DNA from: Anaerolineae bacterium
GTDB lineage: Bacteria > Chloroflexota > Anaerolineae > S140-20
Length of the DNA: 64,000 nt
Direction of reading: 5' to 3'
Assembly: GCA_027021705.1 (NCBI GenBank)
Contig: JALUTT010000059.1
Coordinates: 32,001-96,000, forward strand
The notes beneath the pieces are model-generated. The model did no database searches, was not told where the DNA came from, and worked only from the letters and a program-made list of their open reading frames with translations. A program made the translations under genes and the position numbers. Shown here piece by piece: positions 1 to 9,500 of this stretch (the first letter of the stretch is position 1; every line of letters begins with the position of its first letter).

Positions 1-70
1 CCACAAGGTGGACCCGGAGGACGTGGACCGGATCGCCCGCCTCTTCCATCCCCGGGGGGAGGGGCCGTAA
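1..70 (+). CDS. 3' end of a gene running in from outside the window (product unknown)
   Basis: Frame 2 reads HKVDPEDVDRIARLFHPRGEGP-TAA(68-70) with GC-rich third positions; it converges on the next gene. Confidence 0.5.
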   Translation, partial: HKVDPEDVDRIARLFHPRGEGP

Positions 71-74
71 GCCC

Positions 75-866
75 TCAGACCGTCTCCCGCAGCGCCTGGA
101 TCTCGGCCTCGGTCAGCTCACGCCACCGGCCCGGCTCGAGACCGGACAGCGTGAGCGGACCGATGGCGATCCGCACCAACCGCAGCGTCGGGTGGCCCAC
201 CGCCGCCGTCATCCGGCGCACCTGCCGTTTGCGCCCCTCGTAGAGGGTGATCCGCAGCCAGGCGGTGGGCACTCGCTTGCGGTAGCGGATGGGAACAGGG
301 CGGGGAGGGAGGTTTGGGTCCTCGGCCAACCGTTCCACCTCGGCGGGGCGGGTCCGTCGGCCCTCGATCTCGACGCCCTGCCGCAGCCGCTCCAACGCCT
401 CCTCTGAAGGGATCCGTTCCACCTGCACCAGGTAGGTCCGGGGGTGACCGAACTGGGGATCGGTGAGGCGGTGGATCAGCCAGCCGTCGTCGGTCAGCAG
501 GAGCAGCCCCTCGCTGTCCCGGTCCAGCCGGCCGGCGGCGTAGACGCCGGTCACCGGGACGTAATCGGCCAGGGTGGGGCGTCCCAGCCGATCGGTGAAG
601 TGGCTCATCACCCCATAGGGCTTGTAGAAGAGCAGGTAACGGCAGTGGGGGATCGTCAGCGGCCGGCCGTCCAGGGTGATCCGGTCCCGCAGCGGGTCGG
701 CCCGGGCGCGGTGGGAGGTCACCCGGCGGTCGTTCACCCGGACCCGCCCCTGGCGGAGGGCCTGCTGGGGGTTGGGAACGCCGGCCGCCTCCAGCAGTAC
801 CGTCAGCAACTGCCGGCCGGCCACGCGGCTGGCGCAGCGAGAGCGGGGTTTGACACGTCGCTCCAT
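75..866 (-). CDS. RsuA/RluE-family rRNA pseudouridine synthase with S4-like N-terminus
   Basis: Motifs FYKPYG, catalytic GRLDRDSEGLLLLTDDG, EGRKRQVRRM and LRLVRIAIG; start moved to ATG 866, which follows GGAGAGG. Confidence 0.9.
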   Translation of the reverse strand: MERRVKPRSRCASRVAGRQLLTVLLEAAGVPNPQQALRQGRVRVNDRRVTSHRARADPLRDRITLDGRPLTIPHCRYLLFYKPYGVMSHFTDRLGRPTLADYVPVTGVYAAGRLDRDSEGLLLLTDDGWLIHRLTDPQFGHPRTYLVQVERIPSEEALERLRQGVEIEGRRTRPAEVERLAEDPNLPPRPVPIRYRKRVPTAWLRITLYEGRKRQVRRMTAAVGHPTLRLVRIAIGPLTLSGLEPGRWRELTEAEIQALRETV

Positions 867-927
867 CGAGCCTCTCCGATGCGTTCTCGACCTTCGGCAG
901 CCCACTCCTGTCGGCGAAAGCCTGCAC

Positions 928-951
928 GGGCGGGTACGAAACCCGCCCTAC
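928..951 (-). repeat. GTAG-type REP-like hairpin
   Basis: Minus strand GTAGGGCGGGT-TTCGT-ACCCGCCC: GTAG foot plus GC palindrome. Confidence 0.55.
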
Positions 952-980
952 GGTAGGGTACGGAAGAGGGACCCCTGACG

Positions 981-1101
981 GTATCTATCAGCCTACCCTC
1001 CCGCGGGCCACCGGTCGAGGGCGCTTTTAGCCCCGATGGGCTATCTGAAGCACGGTTTCGCGTCGGAAACGCGCCCAACCTGCGGGAGGGTGAACAGTTG
1101 C
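981..1101 (+). mobile_element. MITE-like family A, copy 1
   Basis: GTATCTATCAGCCTACCCTCCCGC...ACCTGCGGGAGGGTGAACAGTTGC; flanks CCCTGACG (973-980) and CCTTGACG (1102-1109) match 7/8. Confidence 0.85.
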
Positions 1102-1106
1102 CCTTG

Positions 1107-1137
1107 ACGAAAGAGAAGAGCCCCCGTTTGGGGGCTC
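1107..1137 (-). terminator. Probable intrinsic terminator downstream of tRNA-Leu
   Basis: Minus strand GAGCCCCC-AAAC-GGGGGCTC followed by TTCTCTTTC. Confidence 0.6.
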
Positions 1138-1192
1138 CTGGCGTTACGTCGTTTTCTCCCTCCCGTCAGGCTGGCAAGTTGGGTAGGCCGAG

Positions 1193-1275
1193 TGCCCCGG
1201 AGAGGACTCGAACCTCCACGCCCTTACGGGCACAGGCCCTCAACCTGCTGCGTATGCCTATTCCGCCACCGGGGC
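1193..1275 (-). tRNA. tRNA-Leu (anticodon GAG), CCA not encoded
   Basis: Reverse complement has acceptor stem GCCCCGG/CCGGGGC-A, anticodon arm GCAGG-TTGAGGG-CCTGT, a long variable arm and T-loop GGTTCGAGTCC. Confidence 0.97.
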
Positions 1276-1286
1276 ATCCGGGTAAT

Positions 1287-1314
1287 ATTATAATCCATTC
1301 TGTGGCTTTGTCAA
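1287..1314 (-). promoter_or_regulatory. Consensus sigma70 promoter of tRNA-Leu
   Basis: Minus strand TTGACA (1314-1309), 16 nt, TATAAT (1292-1287). Confidence 0.85.
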
Positions 1315-1318
1315 CCGC

Positions 1319-1535
1319 TAGGGGGAACCCTCCCGCAGGTTCCTCCCACGGCCTAAAGCGCGTTGTAGGCCGCTGCCGGTAAGCCGCTGCCGTCGCCGAG
1401 CACCTTGTGACCTGCGGGAGGGTGATAGGGGGGAACCCTCCCGCAGGTTCCTCCCACGGCCTAAAGCGCGTTGTAGGCCGCTGTCGGTAAGCCGTTGCCG
1501 TCGCCGAGCACCTTGTGACCTGCGGGAGGGTGATA
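1319..1535 (+). repeat. Repeat family B, two tandem ~107-bp copies bounded by ACCCTCCCGCAGGT/ACCTGCGGGAGGGT
   Basis: Cores at 1327-1423 and 1435-1531 are nearly identical and share the 14-bp inverted repeat of family A. Confidence 0.9.
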
Positions 1536-1546
1536 ATTGAAAAGCC

Positions 1547-1744
1547 CTACTCCGCCAGGCTGGCCACCTGCCGAAGCAATCCGAAGAGGTTGAAGGTCAC
1601 TTTGAGCAGATCGCTCGTCTTAACCTTCGGCGGGGCCTCAGCGCCGCTGTCCTCGACGGCGCGGACGTAAAGCCGGGCTGCTCCTAGGCCAACCAGCACT
1701 CCTACCACGATTCCAATCAGGTAAACCCGTTGCTTCCAGCTCAT
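1547..1744 (-). CDS. Small single-TM hypothetical protein
   Basis: 65 aa; N-terminal hydrophobic helix; GGAGGAGG RBS; ATGA overlap with the upstream gene. Confidence 0.75.
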   Translation of the reverse strand: MSWKQRVYLIGIVVGVLVGLGAARLYVRAVEDSGAEAPPKVKTSDLLKVTFNLFGLLRQVASLAE

Positions 1745-2043
1745 TGTTCCTCCTCCCTTCGGATCAGTCTGGGCAGATTTCGGACGAAAAAGCGAACCGC
1801 TGCTGCCGCTGCGGAGGCCCGGATGAAGGGTTCGGCCACTGCCGTGCTCGCCCGATCCGCCCCTTCGGCAGCGCGCCGGGCCAGCCGGCTCCCTTGCTGC
1901 AACGCCGGCCGGGCTGCCTGGTTCACCCGGCGCATCCCATAGACGGCCCCGCCGAAGAGCAGCAGCGGAACCAGACAGAGGATGAAGATTTCCACAACCA
2001 GCAAGATCGCAGCCAGGTCCGCTAGAGTCGAAATGGTCTCCAT
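1741..2043 (-). CDS. Hypothetical membrane protein
   Basis: 100 aa; N-terminal TM segment followed by an amphipathic helix; GAGG RBS. Confidence 0.7.
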   Translation of the reverse strand: METISTLADLAAILLVVEIFILCLVPLLLFGGAVYGMRRVNQAARPALQQGSRLARRAAEGADRASTAVAEPFIRASAAAAAVRFFVRNLPRLIRREEEQ

Positions 2044-2083
2044 ATCGCCCTCACCTCACGTGTTGCGTATTGCGGGTTGCGTG

Positions 2084-4681
2084 TTATGCCAGCGAGACCC
2101 GCTCGGCGGTCAACGAGGCGGCCTCGGCCTGGGCCTCCGCGTAGAGGTCCAGAGGAAAGCGTCCGTGGAGCGGGCTGAGTCGGGCCCCCACCGCCGAGGC
2201 ATAGTAGAGGGTCCAGGCCAGAGGCTTGCCCAGACTGCTCAGCCGGGCCGCCCGGCGCAGTTCCCGCAGCCCATCGTCATCCCAGCCGCCCAGGAGGGCG
2301 TTGAAAAAGCAATAGACGGGCAGCGAGGGGAGAAGGGCCACGACGAAGAGCAGCATTCCGCTGACCGGGTTCAGCCCCACCGCCCCCTCGACGAAGGCCC
2401 CCAGGCTCCGCAGGAGGGCATAGTTGAGAAGGCCGGCCAGCAACGGTGCGACCACCGTCTGCCACCAGGGGATGCGGAAGGAAAGGATCAGCCGACCGTT
2501 GATCAGCCAAGCCGCTACATCCTTCGTCGGCAGGGCGATGATGTAGGCCAACACCAACCCCATCAACTGCAGGCGGGGGACGAAGAGGAGCATTAGGATG
2601 ATGCGCAGTGCTTGCTCCCCAACGATCAGCCACATCTGCAGGTCGGGCCGACCGCTGCCCTCCTGGAATCGGTCGGAGAACCAGGCCGGAAACTGGGCCA
2701 CGCCCCAGAGCCCCATCACCGCCATCAGGGCCGCCGCCCGTTCGTAGCCCGTGCCCAGCGCTCCCAGGATGAAGCGGTCGCCAACGCCGATGAGGGCCGA
2801 GGCGATGAAGGCGCTGAAGAAGCCGCCGTAGCGAAAGCCCTGGGCGATGTAGTAGCGGGTCAGCTGGTACCGCCCGTGGGTGATGGCTTCGGAGATGGCC
2901 GGCATCATGTCCAGGTAGAGCCCGCCGACCGCGCTGTAGGCCAGCAGCAAGCCGTTGGGGGAGACGACGTCCCAGTTGCCCTGGACCTCGGCCCAGTTCA
3001 GAATGAAGGCAGCGGTCAGGACGGTCTGCACCGTGTAGCCCAGCCCGCCGGCCACCCCGGCGACGGCGATGGGAGCTCCGAACTTGAGGGCGCTGACCAC
3101 CGTCTGCCGGTCGAAGTGGGCCAGGAAGAGGACACGGGCCCGATAGCCCAGCCGCCGCAACAGCCAGTAGCCGATGAGGAAGGCCGCCACCTGGGTCAGA
3201 TAAGCCCCGACCCCCAGCCCGAAGACGCCCCCCATCGCGCTTCCGAAGATGGGATGGTTGGCTCCCCAACGCCACCCTAGGAAGTAGACGGCGACCGACT
3301 GGAGGATGACCGGCCCCAGGAAGATTACCAGGTTGAGGGCCTGGTCGTAGTCCTGCTTCTGGAAGGCTCGGAAGACCAACTGAAAGACGGTCAGGAATCC
3401 GGGGAACTGGATGAGGGCGTGGATGATTAGGTAGTAGCTCATGAAGGCGTTGGCCGTGTGGGGCACGATAAAGGCCGCCGCCAGGGCCACCAGTCCCAGT
3501 TGGATCGTCCCCGTGATCGCCTGCCACCAGATGTAGAGCTGACCGTACTTGATCCCCTCCCTGGGATCGTCTATCCGCTTCTCGGCGAAGAACTTGACGA
3601 AGGCGACGCTGGTCCCCCAATCGAAGAGGATCCAGAAGGTGTTGAAGAAAGCGAGGATGATGGACCAGGCTCCCCTGGCCTGGGCGGAGGGGAGCAGGAT
3701 GCCGTAGAGCACTACCTGCTGGTAGGTCATCAGGACGATGAAGAGGACCAGGCCGACGGCCATCAGGAAGAGGAAGCCGGCCAGGGGCCGGTGAAATCCC
3801 ACCTGTCCCCAGTCGCCCGATTCCACCTGACGGTAGCGCCCCACGTCGGCTACCAACTGGTCCAGGGCCTCGGGATGGCGCTGGCTGTAGCGCCGCACCA
3901 GCAGGAACGCCCCCACCGTCCCCGACAGGAGGAGGACTAGCAGGCCGACCAACAGCCCCCGCTCCCGCGCGTGGGGGACGGGGGAGGCGGGATAGTCGGC
4001 GTAGCTCAGGGGCGTTGCTCCGGCCCCCCGCACAGCCAGGTGGTAGACCAAGTAGTTCCAATAGGGCCATTCTAGCAGGTCCCGGTTCTGCTCTCGGTCG
4101 GCTCGGGGCCAGGGGGTGAAGACGTAGACGACCCCCGCCCCGGGTCGGGCGCGGGCCAGCACCGCCTCGCCGTCGTCCGCCGTGCGGACCAGCACTTCCA
4201 GCGCCGGACCGGTTACCGGCGTGCGGGCGCGGATCTGGGGCGCAGAGCGCCAGGCGATCTGCTCCAGCAGAGGATCGCTCACGCCGGGGACCGGCTCCAG
4301 GGAGCGGGGCTCGGTCGGGTAGCCTTCGCCCCGGGTCAGCCCTAGGTCGGCCAAGGCCGGCACCTGGGGATCCAGGCGCGGCCCGATGAAGAGGACCAAC
4401 CCGACCCGTCCTTCCCGCACCGCCTGGATGACGGGCTGGGGAGGACGCTCGTCGTGGGCGACGACAACGTCGGCCTCTTCCAGCCGGTCCACCAACGCCA
4501 ATTGATCGGTCAGCGTGAGGGCCTGGCGGATGACATCTTGGTCGGCGGCAGGGCCGGCCGGACGCAGGTAGTAGACACGAATGGGGGAAGGGGGCTGGCC
4601 ACGGGTAGCATAGGTGGCTCTCCCCACCAACAGCAGGGGGAGGAAGATCAGGGGCAGAAGCCAGAACCGTCGTCGGGACAT
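2084..4681 (-). CDS. Large membrane protein: exported N-terminal domain fused to a probable MOP (Wzx/MurJ-like) flippase domain
   Basis: 865 aa; signal peptide, ~210-aa soluble region, then roughly 14 hydrophobic helices. The family call rests on topology only. Confidence 0.6.
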   Translation of the reverse strand: MSRRRFWLLPLIFLPLLLVGRATYATRGQPPSPIRVYYLRPAGPAADQDVIRQALTLTDQLALVDRLEEADVVVAHDERPPQPVIQAVREGRVGLVLFIGPRLDPQVPALADLGLTRGEGYPTEPRSLEPVPGVSDPLLEQIAWRSAPQIRARTPVTGPALEVLVRTADDGEAVLARARPGAGVVYVFTPWPRADREQNRDLLEWPYWNYLVYHLAVRGAGATPLSYADYPASPVPHARERGLLVGLLVLLLSGTVGAFLLVRRYSQRHPEALDQLVADVGRYRQVESGDWGQVGFHRPLAGFLFLMAVGLVLFIVLMTYQQVVLYGILLPSAQARGAWSIILAFFNTFWILFDWGTSVAFVKFFAEKRIDDPREGIKYGQLYIWWQAITGTIQLGLVALAAAFIVPHTANAFMSYYLIIHALIQFPGFLTVFQLVFRAFQKQDYDQALNLVIFLGPVILQSVAVYFLGWRWGANHPIFGSAMGGVFGLGVGAYLTQVAAFLIGYWLLRRLGYRARVLFLAHFDRQTVVSALKFGAPIAVAGVAGGLGYTVQTVLTAAFILNWAEVQGNWDVVSPNGLLLAYSAVGGLYLDMMPAISEAITHGRYQLTRYYIAQGFRYGGFFSAFIASALIGVGDRFILGALGTGYERAAALMAVMGLWGVAQFPAWFSDRFQEGSGRPDLQMWLIVGEQALRIILMLLFVPRLQLMGLVLAYIIALPTKDVAAWLINGRLILSFRIPWWQTVVAPLLAGLLNYALLRSLGAFVEGAVGLNPVSGMLLFVVALLPSLPVYCFFNALLGGWDDDGLRELRRAARLSSLGKPLAWTLYYASAVGARLSPLHGRFPLDLYAEAQAEAASLTAERVSLA

Positions 4682-4782
4682 CAGGGTCCTATCCGTGCCA
4701 GCCCGGCGTCAAGAGCATTCGGTAGTCCCCTGGAGGAGGACTACCAGACATAGAACGGGAGGTATGGGAGATGACACCCTGC

Positions 4783-4944
4783 CTACTCAGGGATGGGTGC
4801 TAGAGGACTGATCTTCTTGATCTTCTCGATGATCCGCTGGCGTTCTTTGGGGTCATTGGTCTCGGCCAGACGGGCCCGCAGGCGACGCAGCTTGGCCCGC
4901 CGCCGGCGACGACGTCGGATTTCACGATCACGCTCGCGGAACAT
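4783..4944 (-). CDS. Small Arg-rich basic protein (DUF6800-like)
   Basis: MFRERDREIRRRRRRRAKLRRLRARL...KIKKISP; ATG 4944 follows GGAGG. Confidence 0.65.
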   Translation of the reverse strand: MFRERDREIRRRRRRRAKLRRLRARLAETNDPKERQRIIEKIKKISPLAPIPE

Positions 4945-5012
4945 AGGGATCGTTTCCTCCTTTCGCGTTTTCTTGTGGCTTCTCTGGACCGGTCTGCCAT
5001 CGTCAAGGATTG

Positions 5013-5107
5013 GCATCTATTCAGCCTACCCTCCTGCCCCGATGGGCTATTTGAAGCACGGTTTCGCGTCGGAAACGCGCCTAACCTACGGGAGGGTGAA
5101 CAGTTAC
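5013..5107 (+). mobile_element. MITE-like family A, copy 2 (internally deleted)
   Basis: GCATCTATTCAGCC...GGTGAACAGTTAC with a perfect 8-bp direct repeat AAGGATTG (5005-5012, 5108-5115). Confidence 0.9.
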
Positions 5108-5111
5108 AAGG

Positions 5112-5140
5112 ATTGTACCTCAAGCTTCCCTCAGAGGCAA
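5112..5140 (-). promoter_or_regulatory. sigma70-type promoter for the small basic protein gene
   Basis: Minus strand TTGCCT, 17 nt, TACAAT. Confidence 0.65.
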
Positions 5141-5266
5141 GGGGTTTCCTTTGCGGTGATTACCCACAGGCGAGGGAGGGGGAGAGAGAATAGCCTTAGG
5201 GAGGAGAAGGTCTACCGCCAACAAGCCGGAGAGGGCTTGGGATGGCGGTGGGGGGAAAGACCGGCT

Positions 5267-6064
5267 TCAGCGCATCAACCGGCGCCACTCTTCCTTCAGT
5301 TGCAGGGTGTCCAGATCGTCGGTGACCAGGAAGTCGCGCAGCAGTCGGTTGAACTTGGCCTTTTCCTCCAGCATCGGGAAGTGGCGGGTCGAGGGCAGGG
5401 TGATGAAGTGGACCTGCCCCCCTGTTCCCAACAGCCCGTTGAGCCGCTCAGCTTGGGGGGGAGGGACGACGTTATCTCGTTCCCCGTGCACCAGCAGCAC
5501 AGGGACCTGGATACGGGCCAGCTTGAGGGAAAGGTTCAGCCCCCGGACGGAGTTGGCGCTGTTGATCACGGCGGTCTCTTCCGTCTTGGTGGCCTCAACG
5601 CGTACGGGTTCGTATTCGGGGGGAAGACGCCGGCCCAGGACACGGTCCACCGGTGTGCTCCCCCCCTGGTTGGAAAGGCGAGGGTTCAGGGTTTCTCCCA
5701 GCAAAGGCAGGCTGACGGCCATCACTCGAGAGACCATATCGGGATGGCGGGCGGCCAGCAGCACAGCGGTCACAGCCCCCAGGGCGTGGCCCACCAACGG
5801 GACAGGGGGTTTGATGCCCAGGTTGGTGATGAAGTCCCGCACCAGCGCTACGTAAGATTCGACGTCGTAATGGCTGTCCAGCCGGTCCGAATCACCGAAT
5901 CCCCAGAGGTCCAGGGCATAGGTGCGGTATTCGATGGAGAGTTCCTCCATCGTCGGCACCCAATAGCGCCACGAGCCCAGCCAGCCATGGATGAAGAGCA
6001 GCGGAGGTCCTCGGCCAATGGCTTCGTAATGGACCAGGCCATCACCGATGATAATCGCGCTCAT
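5267..6064 (-). CDS. Alpha/beta hydrolase-fold protein lacking the nucleophile (GHALG)
   Basis: HGW oxyanion motif, DLWGFGDS, GERD acid and RHFPM His are present; Ala occupies the Ser position. Confidence 0.9.
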   Translation of the reverse strand: MSAIIIGDGLVHYEAIGRGPPLLFIHGWLGSWRYWVPTMEELSIEYRTYALDLWGFGDSDRLDSHYDVESYVALVRDFITNLGIKPPVPLVGHALGAVTAVLLAARHPDMVSRVMAVSLPLLGETLNPRLSNQGGSTPVDRVLGRRLPPEYEPVRVEATKTEETAVINSANSVRGLNLSLKLARIQVPVLLVHGERDNVVPPPQAERLNGLLGTGGQVHFITLPSTRHFPMLEEKAKFNRLLRDFLVTDDLDTLQLKEEWRRLMR

Positions 6065-6082
6065 CGGATTCTTATCCTCTCC

Positions 6083-6484
6083 CTATACCTGTACCTGCTC
6101 CGCTCTGCGGGCTTGGACGCGCCTCAGGATGGCACGGATCTTCTCGACCAACTCTCCCGGGTCGAAGGGCTTCAGGATATATTCCTCTGCCCCTAGCTCC
6201 AGCCCCTGCTGAATCTCCGCCTCTTGCCCTTTGGCCGAGAGGAAAACGATAGGGATGTTCTGGGTGAGCGGATCGGCCTTCAGTTGGGAACAGGCCTCGT
6301 AGCCGGTCATCTTGGGCATGCGCACATCGAGCAGAATCAGGTCGGGGATCTCCTCTCGAGCCTTCTCGACGGCTTCCTCCCCATTGTTGGCCTTGATGAT
6401 CTCAAAGCCCCCCAAACTGCTCAGGGTGAACGCGATCAACTCCCGAATATCCCGTTCGTCTTCGGCAACCAGTATCTTCGTCAT
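6083..6484 (-). CDS. Single-domain response regulator
   Basis: ILVAEDE, LILLDVRMP, FLSA and KPF receiver motifs. Confidence 0.95.
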   Translation of the reverse strand: MTKILVAEDERDIRELIAFTLSSLGGFEIIKANNGEEAVEKAREEIPDLILLDVRMPKMTGYEACSQLKADPLTQNIPIVFLSAKGQEAEIQQGLELGAEEYILKPFDPGELVEKIRAILRRVQARRAEQVQV

Positions 6485-6566
6485 TGGTAACCCCTGCTTT
6501 CCTCGCCCCTTCTTCGATGTTCTTCCCTTGCACCTGGGCTTCTGGGGCCCAGGATGACGGGCCCGA

Positions 6567-9500
6567 TCAGGCCGTCCCTTTGCCCTCCAACGTGCTTTCC
6601 ATCAACCGCTCGATCTCTTCCATCAACGTCTCGATGGCAAAGGGCTTGGTCAGAAAGTGAGACGCTCCCAGCGCCAGAACTTTCTCCCGATGCCGCTCCG
6701 GCTCCGTCAGGCTGGCGGTCATAACCACGACCGGGATCTCCCGGGTGGCGGGGTCCTCCTTCAGGCGGGTCAACGTCGTGTACCCGTCCAGTCCCGGAAT
6801 CTTCAGGTCCAACAGGATCAGGTCGGGGCGGTGTTCTCGGGCCAGGGCCAGCCCCTCCTCGCCCCGGTAAGCGGCGAGAACGGTGAACCCACGCTCCTGG
6901 AGGACCTGCTGCAGCAAGGCGATGGTGTCCCGATCGTCGTCCACCACCAGGATGCTCCCTTTGGACTCCAGGATCTGGTCAACGACGTGGAGCAGTCGGC
7001 CCTCGTCTATGGGTTTGGTCAGGTAGTCCACGGCCCCCAAACGGAGCCCTTTCTGCTTGTCCTGCAGGATGGAGACGATCACGACGGGGATGTCGGTTGT
7101 GGAAGCGTCTTCCTTCAAGCTCTGCAGGAGTTCGAACCCATCCATGTCGGGCAGCCGAATGTCCAGCGTGATCAGGTCGGGGTGCATCTGGCGGGCCAGG
7201 GCCAGGGCCGTCTGCCCCTGATGAGCGATGATGGCCTGGTAGCCGCTGCCCTCCAGGTGATGACCAAGCAGGTTGGCGATGTCCGGGTCGTCCTCAACGA
7301 TGAGCACCCGGCGCACCCGAGGACCACGACCGTTGCCGGGATGGCCTTGGACGACCTCTTCCTCGACCTCCGGGGGGGCCTGGGGAAGAGGTTCCTCTTC
7401 CTCCTCCTGCGCAATGGGGAGGGTGAAGCTGAAGGTACTCCCTTGACCCGGCTCGCTCTCCACCCAAATCTCCCCGCCGTGCATCTCCACCAGCGATTTG
7501 ACGATGGAGAGCCCCAGACCCGTCCCCCGAATCTCCTGGACGAGGGGATGATCGGCCCGGAAGAAGCGGTCAAAGATCTTCTCCTGATCCTGAGGGGTGA
7601 TGCCGATGCCGGTATCCTTAACCTGGATCAGGACCATCTCACCCTGGCGCTCTGCCTGCACCGTGATCTCCCCTTCTGGCGGGGTGTACTGGTAGGCATT
7701 GCTGACCAGGTTGGTGAGGACTTGGATGAGACGGGCCGAGTCGCCCCAGACGGGGGGCAGGTCGGGCGCGACTTGGGAGTGCAGCCGCAGCCCCTTCTCC
7801 TCGGCCTTGCGGCGCAGGCTTTCCATCACCTGTTCCACCAGGCTGGCGACGTTGACCGCCCGCTTCTCCAACTCGATGCGACCGCTGTCAATGCGACCGA
7901 TGTCCAAGAGATCGTTCACCAGGTCGCTCAAGCGGTCGGCGTTGGACTTGATGATGCGCAGGAACCGCTCCTGGCCCTCGGTCAGCCGCCCGGCCGTGCC
8001 CAGGAGGAGCAGGTCGGCATACCCCTTGATGGAGGTCATCGGGGTGCGCAGTTCGTGGGAGACGGTGGAGACGAACTCGCTCTTGGCGCGCTCAGCTTCC
8101 ACCTCCTTGGTAATGTCCCGGAAGACGGAGACGGTGCCCAGGAACTCTTCTTCCATATGGACAGGGGCCAGGTGGACGCTGACGACCCGCCCCTCAATCT
8201 CCAGCCGCTCCTCCAGGTATCGGGTCTCGGCGTCCAGCATCTCTTCTGGTTCCTGCATCCACCGCTCCACCAGGGCGACCCAGGAACGGCCAGCGGTCCC
8301 GTAGAGCCCCAGCAGCTCATCAATGGAACGGCCTATAATCTGCCGACGTGGGGTGTTGAGGATCCGTTCCGCTGCCGCGTTGAAGAGGATCACGTGGCCG
8401 GTGGTGTCGGTGACCATGACGCCATCGGCGACGCCTTCCAAGATGGCCTGGCTCTTGGCCGCCTCGACCTGGATCTTCTTGAGCATCGCTCCCAGCCGTT
8501 CAGCACCCTCCCGAATCAGCCGGTAGAGCTCGGCGTTGTTGATGGCATTGGCCACTTGGATGGCGGCCGCCTCGACCAGGCGCAGATGGTCTTCGGTGAA
8601 GCGATCGGCCTCTTTGTGGAAGAGGAGGAGGGCCCCCATCGCTTCATCTCCTACAATGAGGGGGATCGCCAGGGCGGAGCGGTAGGAGCGCGGCTGTCCG
8701 TTGTCCACCCAGCGGGGGTCATGGTGGATGTCGGGCACGATGGCCGGCTCTTTGTGGGCGATGACCCAGCCGGCCAGCCCCTCCCCTCGGCGGAAGGGTG
8801 TGGGGGCTCCCCGGGGTGGGAGCCGCCGTGAGCCTCCCAGGCTCGCCCGCTGGATCAGATGGTCGGTCTGGGGATCCACCATGAAGATGGCTCCCCGATC
8901 CGCCTCCACAGCCTCTACCACCAGTTCCAACGCCCGGTTCAGCACACGATCCAGGTCCAGACTGGCGCTCAACTCACTGGTGATCCGATAAAGGGTTTCG
9001 ACCCGATCCCGCTCCATCGTTAGTTCTTCCAGCGCCTGGGCCAGCTCCTGGGTTCGCTCCTCAACCCGCTGCTCCAGCTCCTGGCTGAAGCGGGTGACCT
9101 GCTCGAAGAGCCGGGCATTTTCAATGGCTACAGCGGCGCCGTTGGCGAAGGTGAGGGCCAGTTCTGCCTTCGCCCTGTCGTAGAAGTTGGGCTCCTTCTT
9201 GTCCAAGGTCAGCATCCCCAGCAACCGATCTCCGTAGAGGAGGGGGACGCCCATCCAGGAGCGGATGTGGTCGTGGGGCGGTTCCCGGAAGGGTGCGTAG
9301 ACGGCCGGAGCATCGGCCACGATGAAGGGGGCCCGCCGCCGCACCACCTCCGTGTTGGGGTTGTCCCCACCGATGGGGAAGGTCAGCCCTACCACCGCTT
9401 CCAACTCCTCGAAGCCTCGCCCGCCGATGATCCGCAGGTGATCCTCCTCCAGCAATTGGATGGAGGCGCTGTCATACTCGACCACCTTGCGCAGTTCGTC

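Noticed and set aside
1193..1275. tRNA-Leu as an integration site for an island or prophage
   Set aside because: I saw no duplicated tRNA 3' end and no integrase in the window
1319..1535. Possible CRISPR array
   Set aside because: Only two units, the interiors are nearly identical rather than unique spacers, and there are no cas genes
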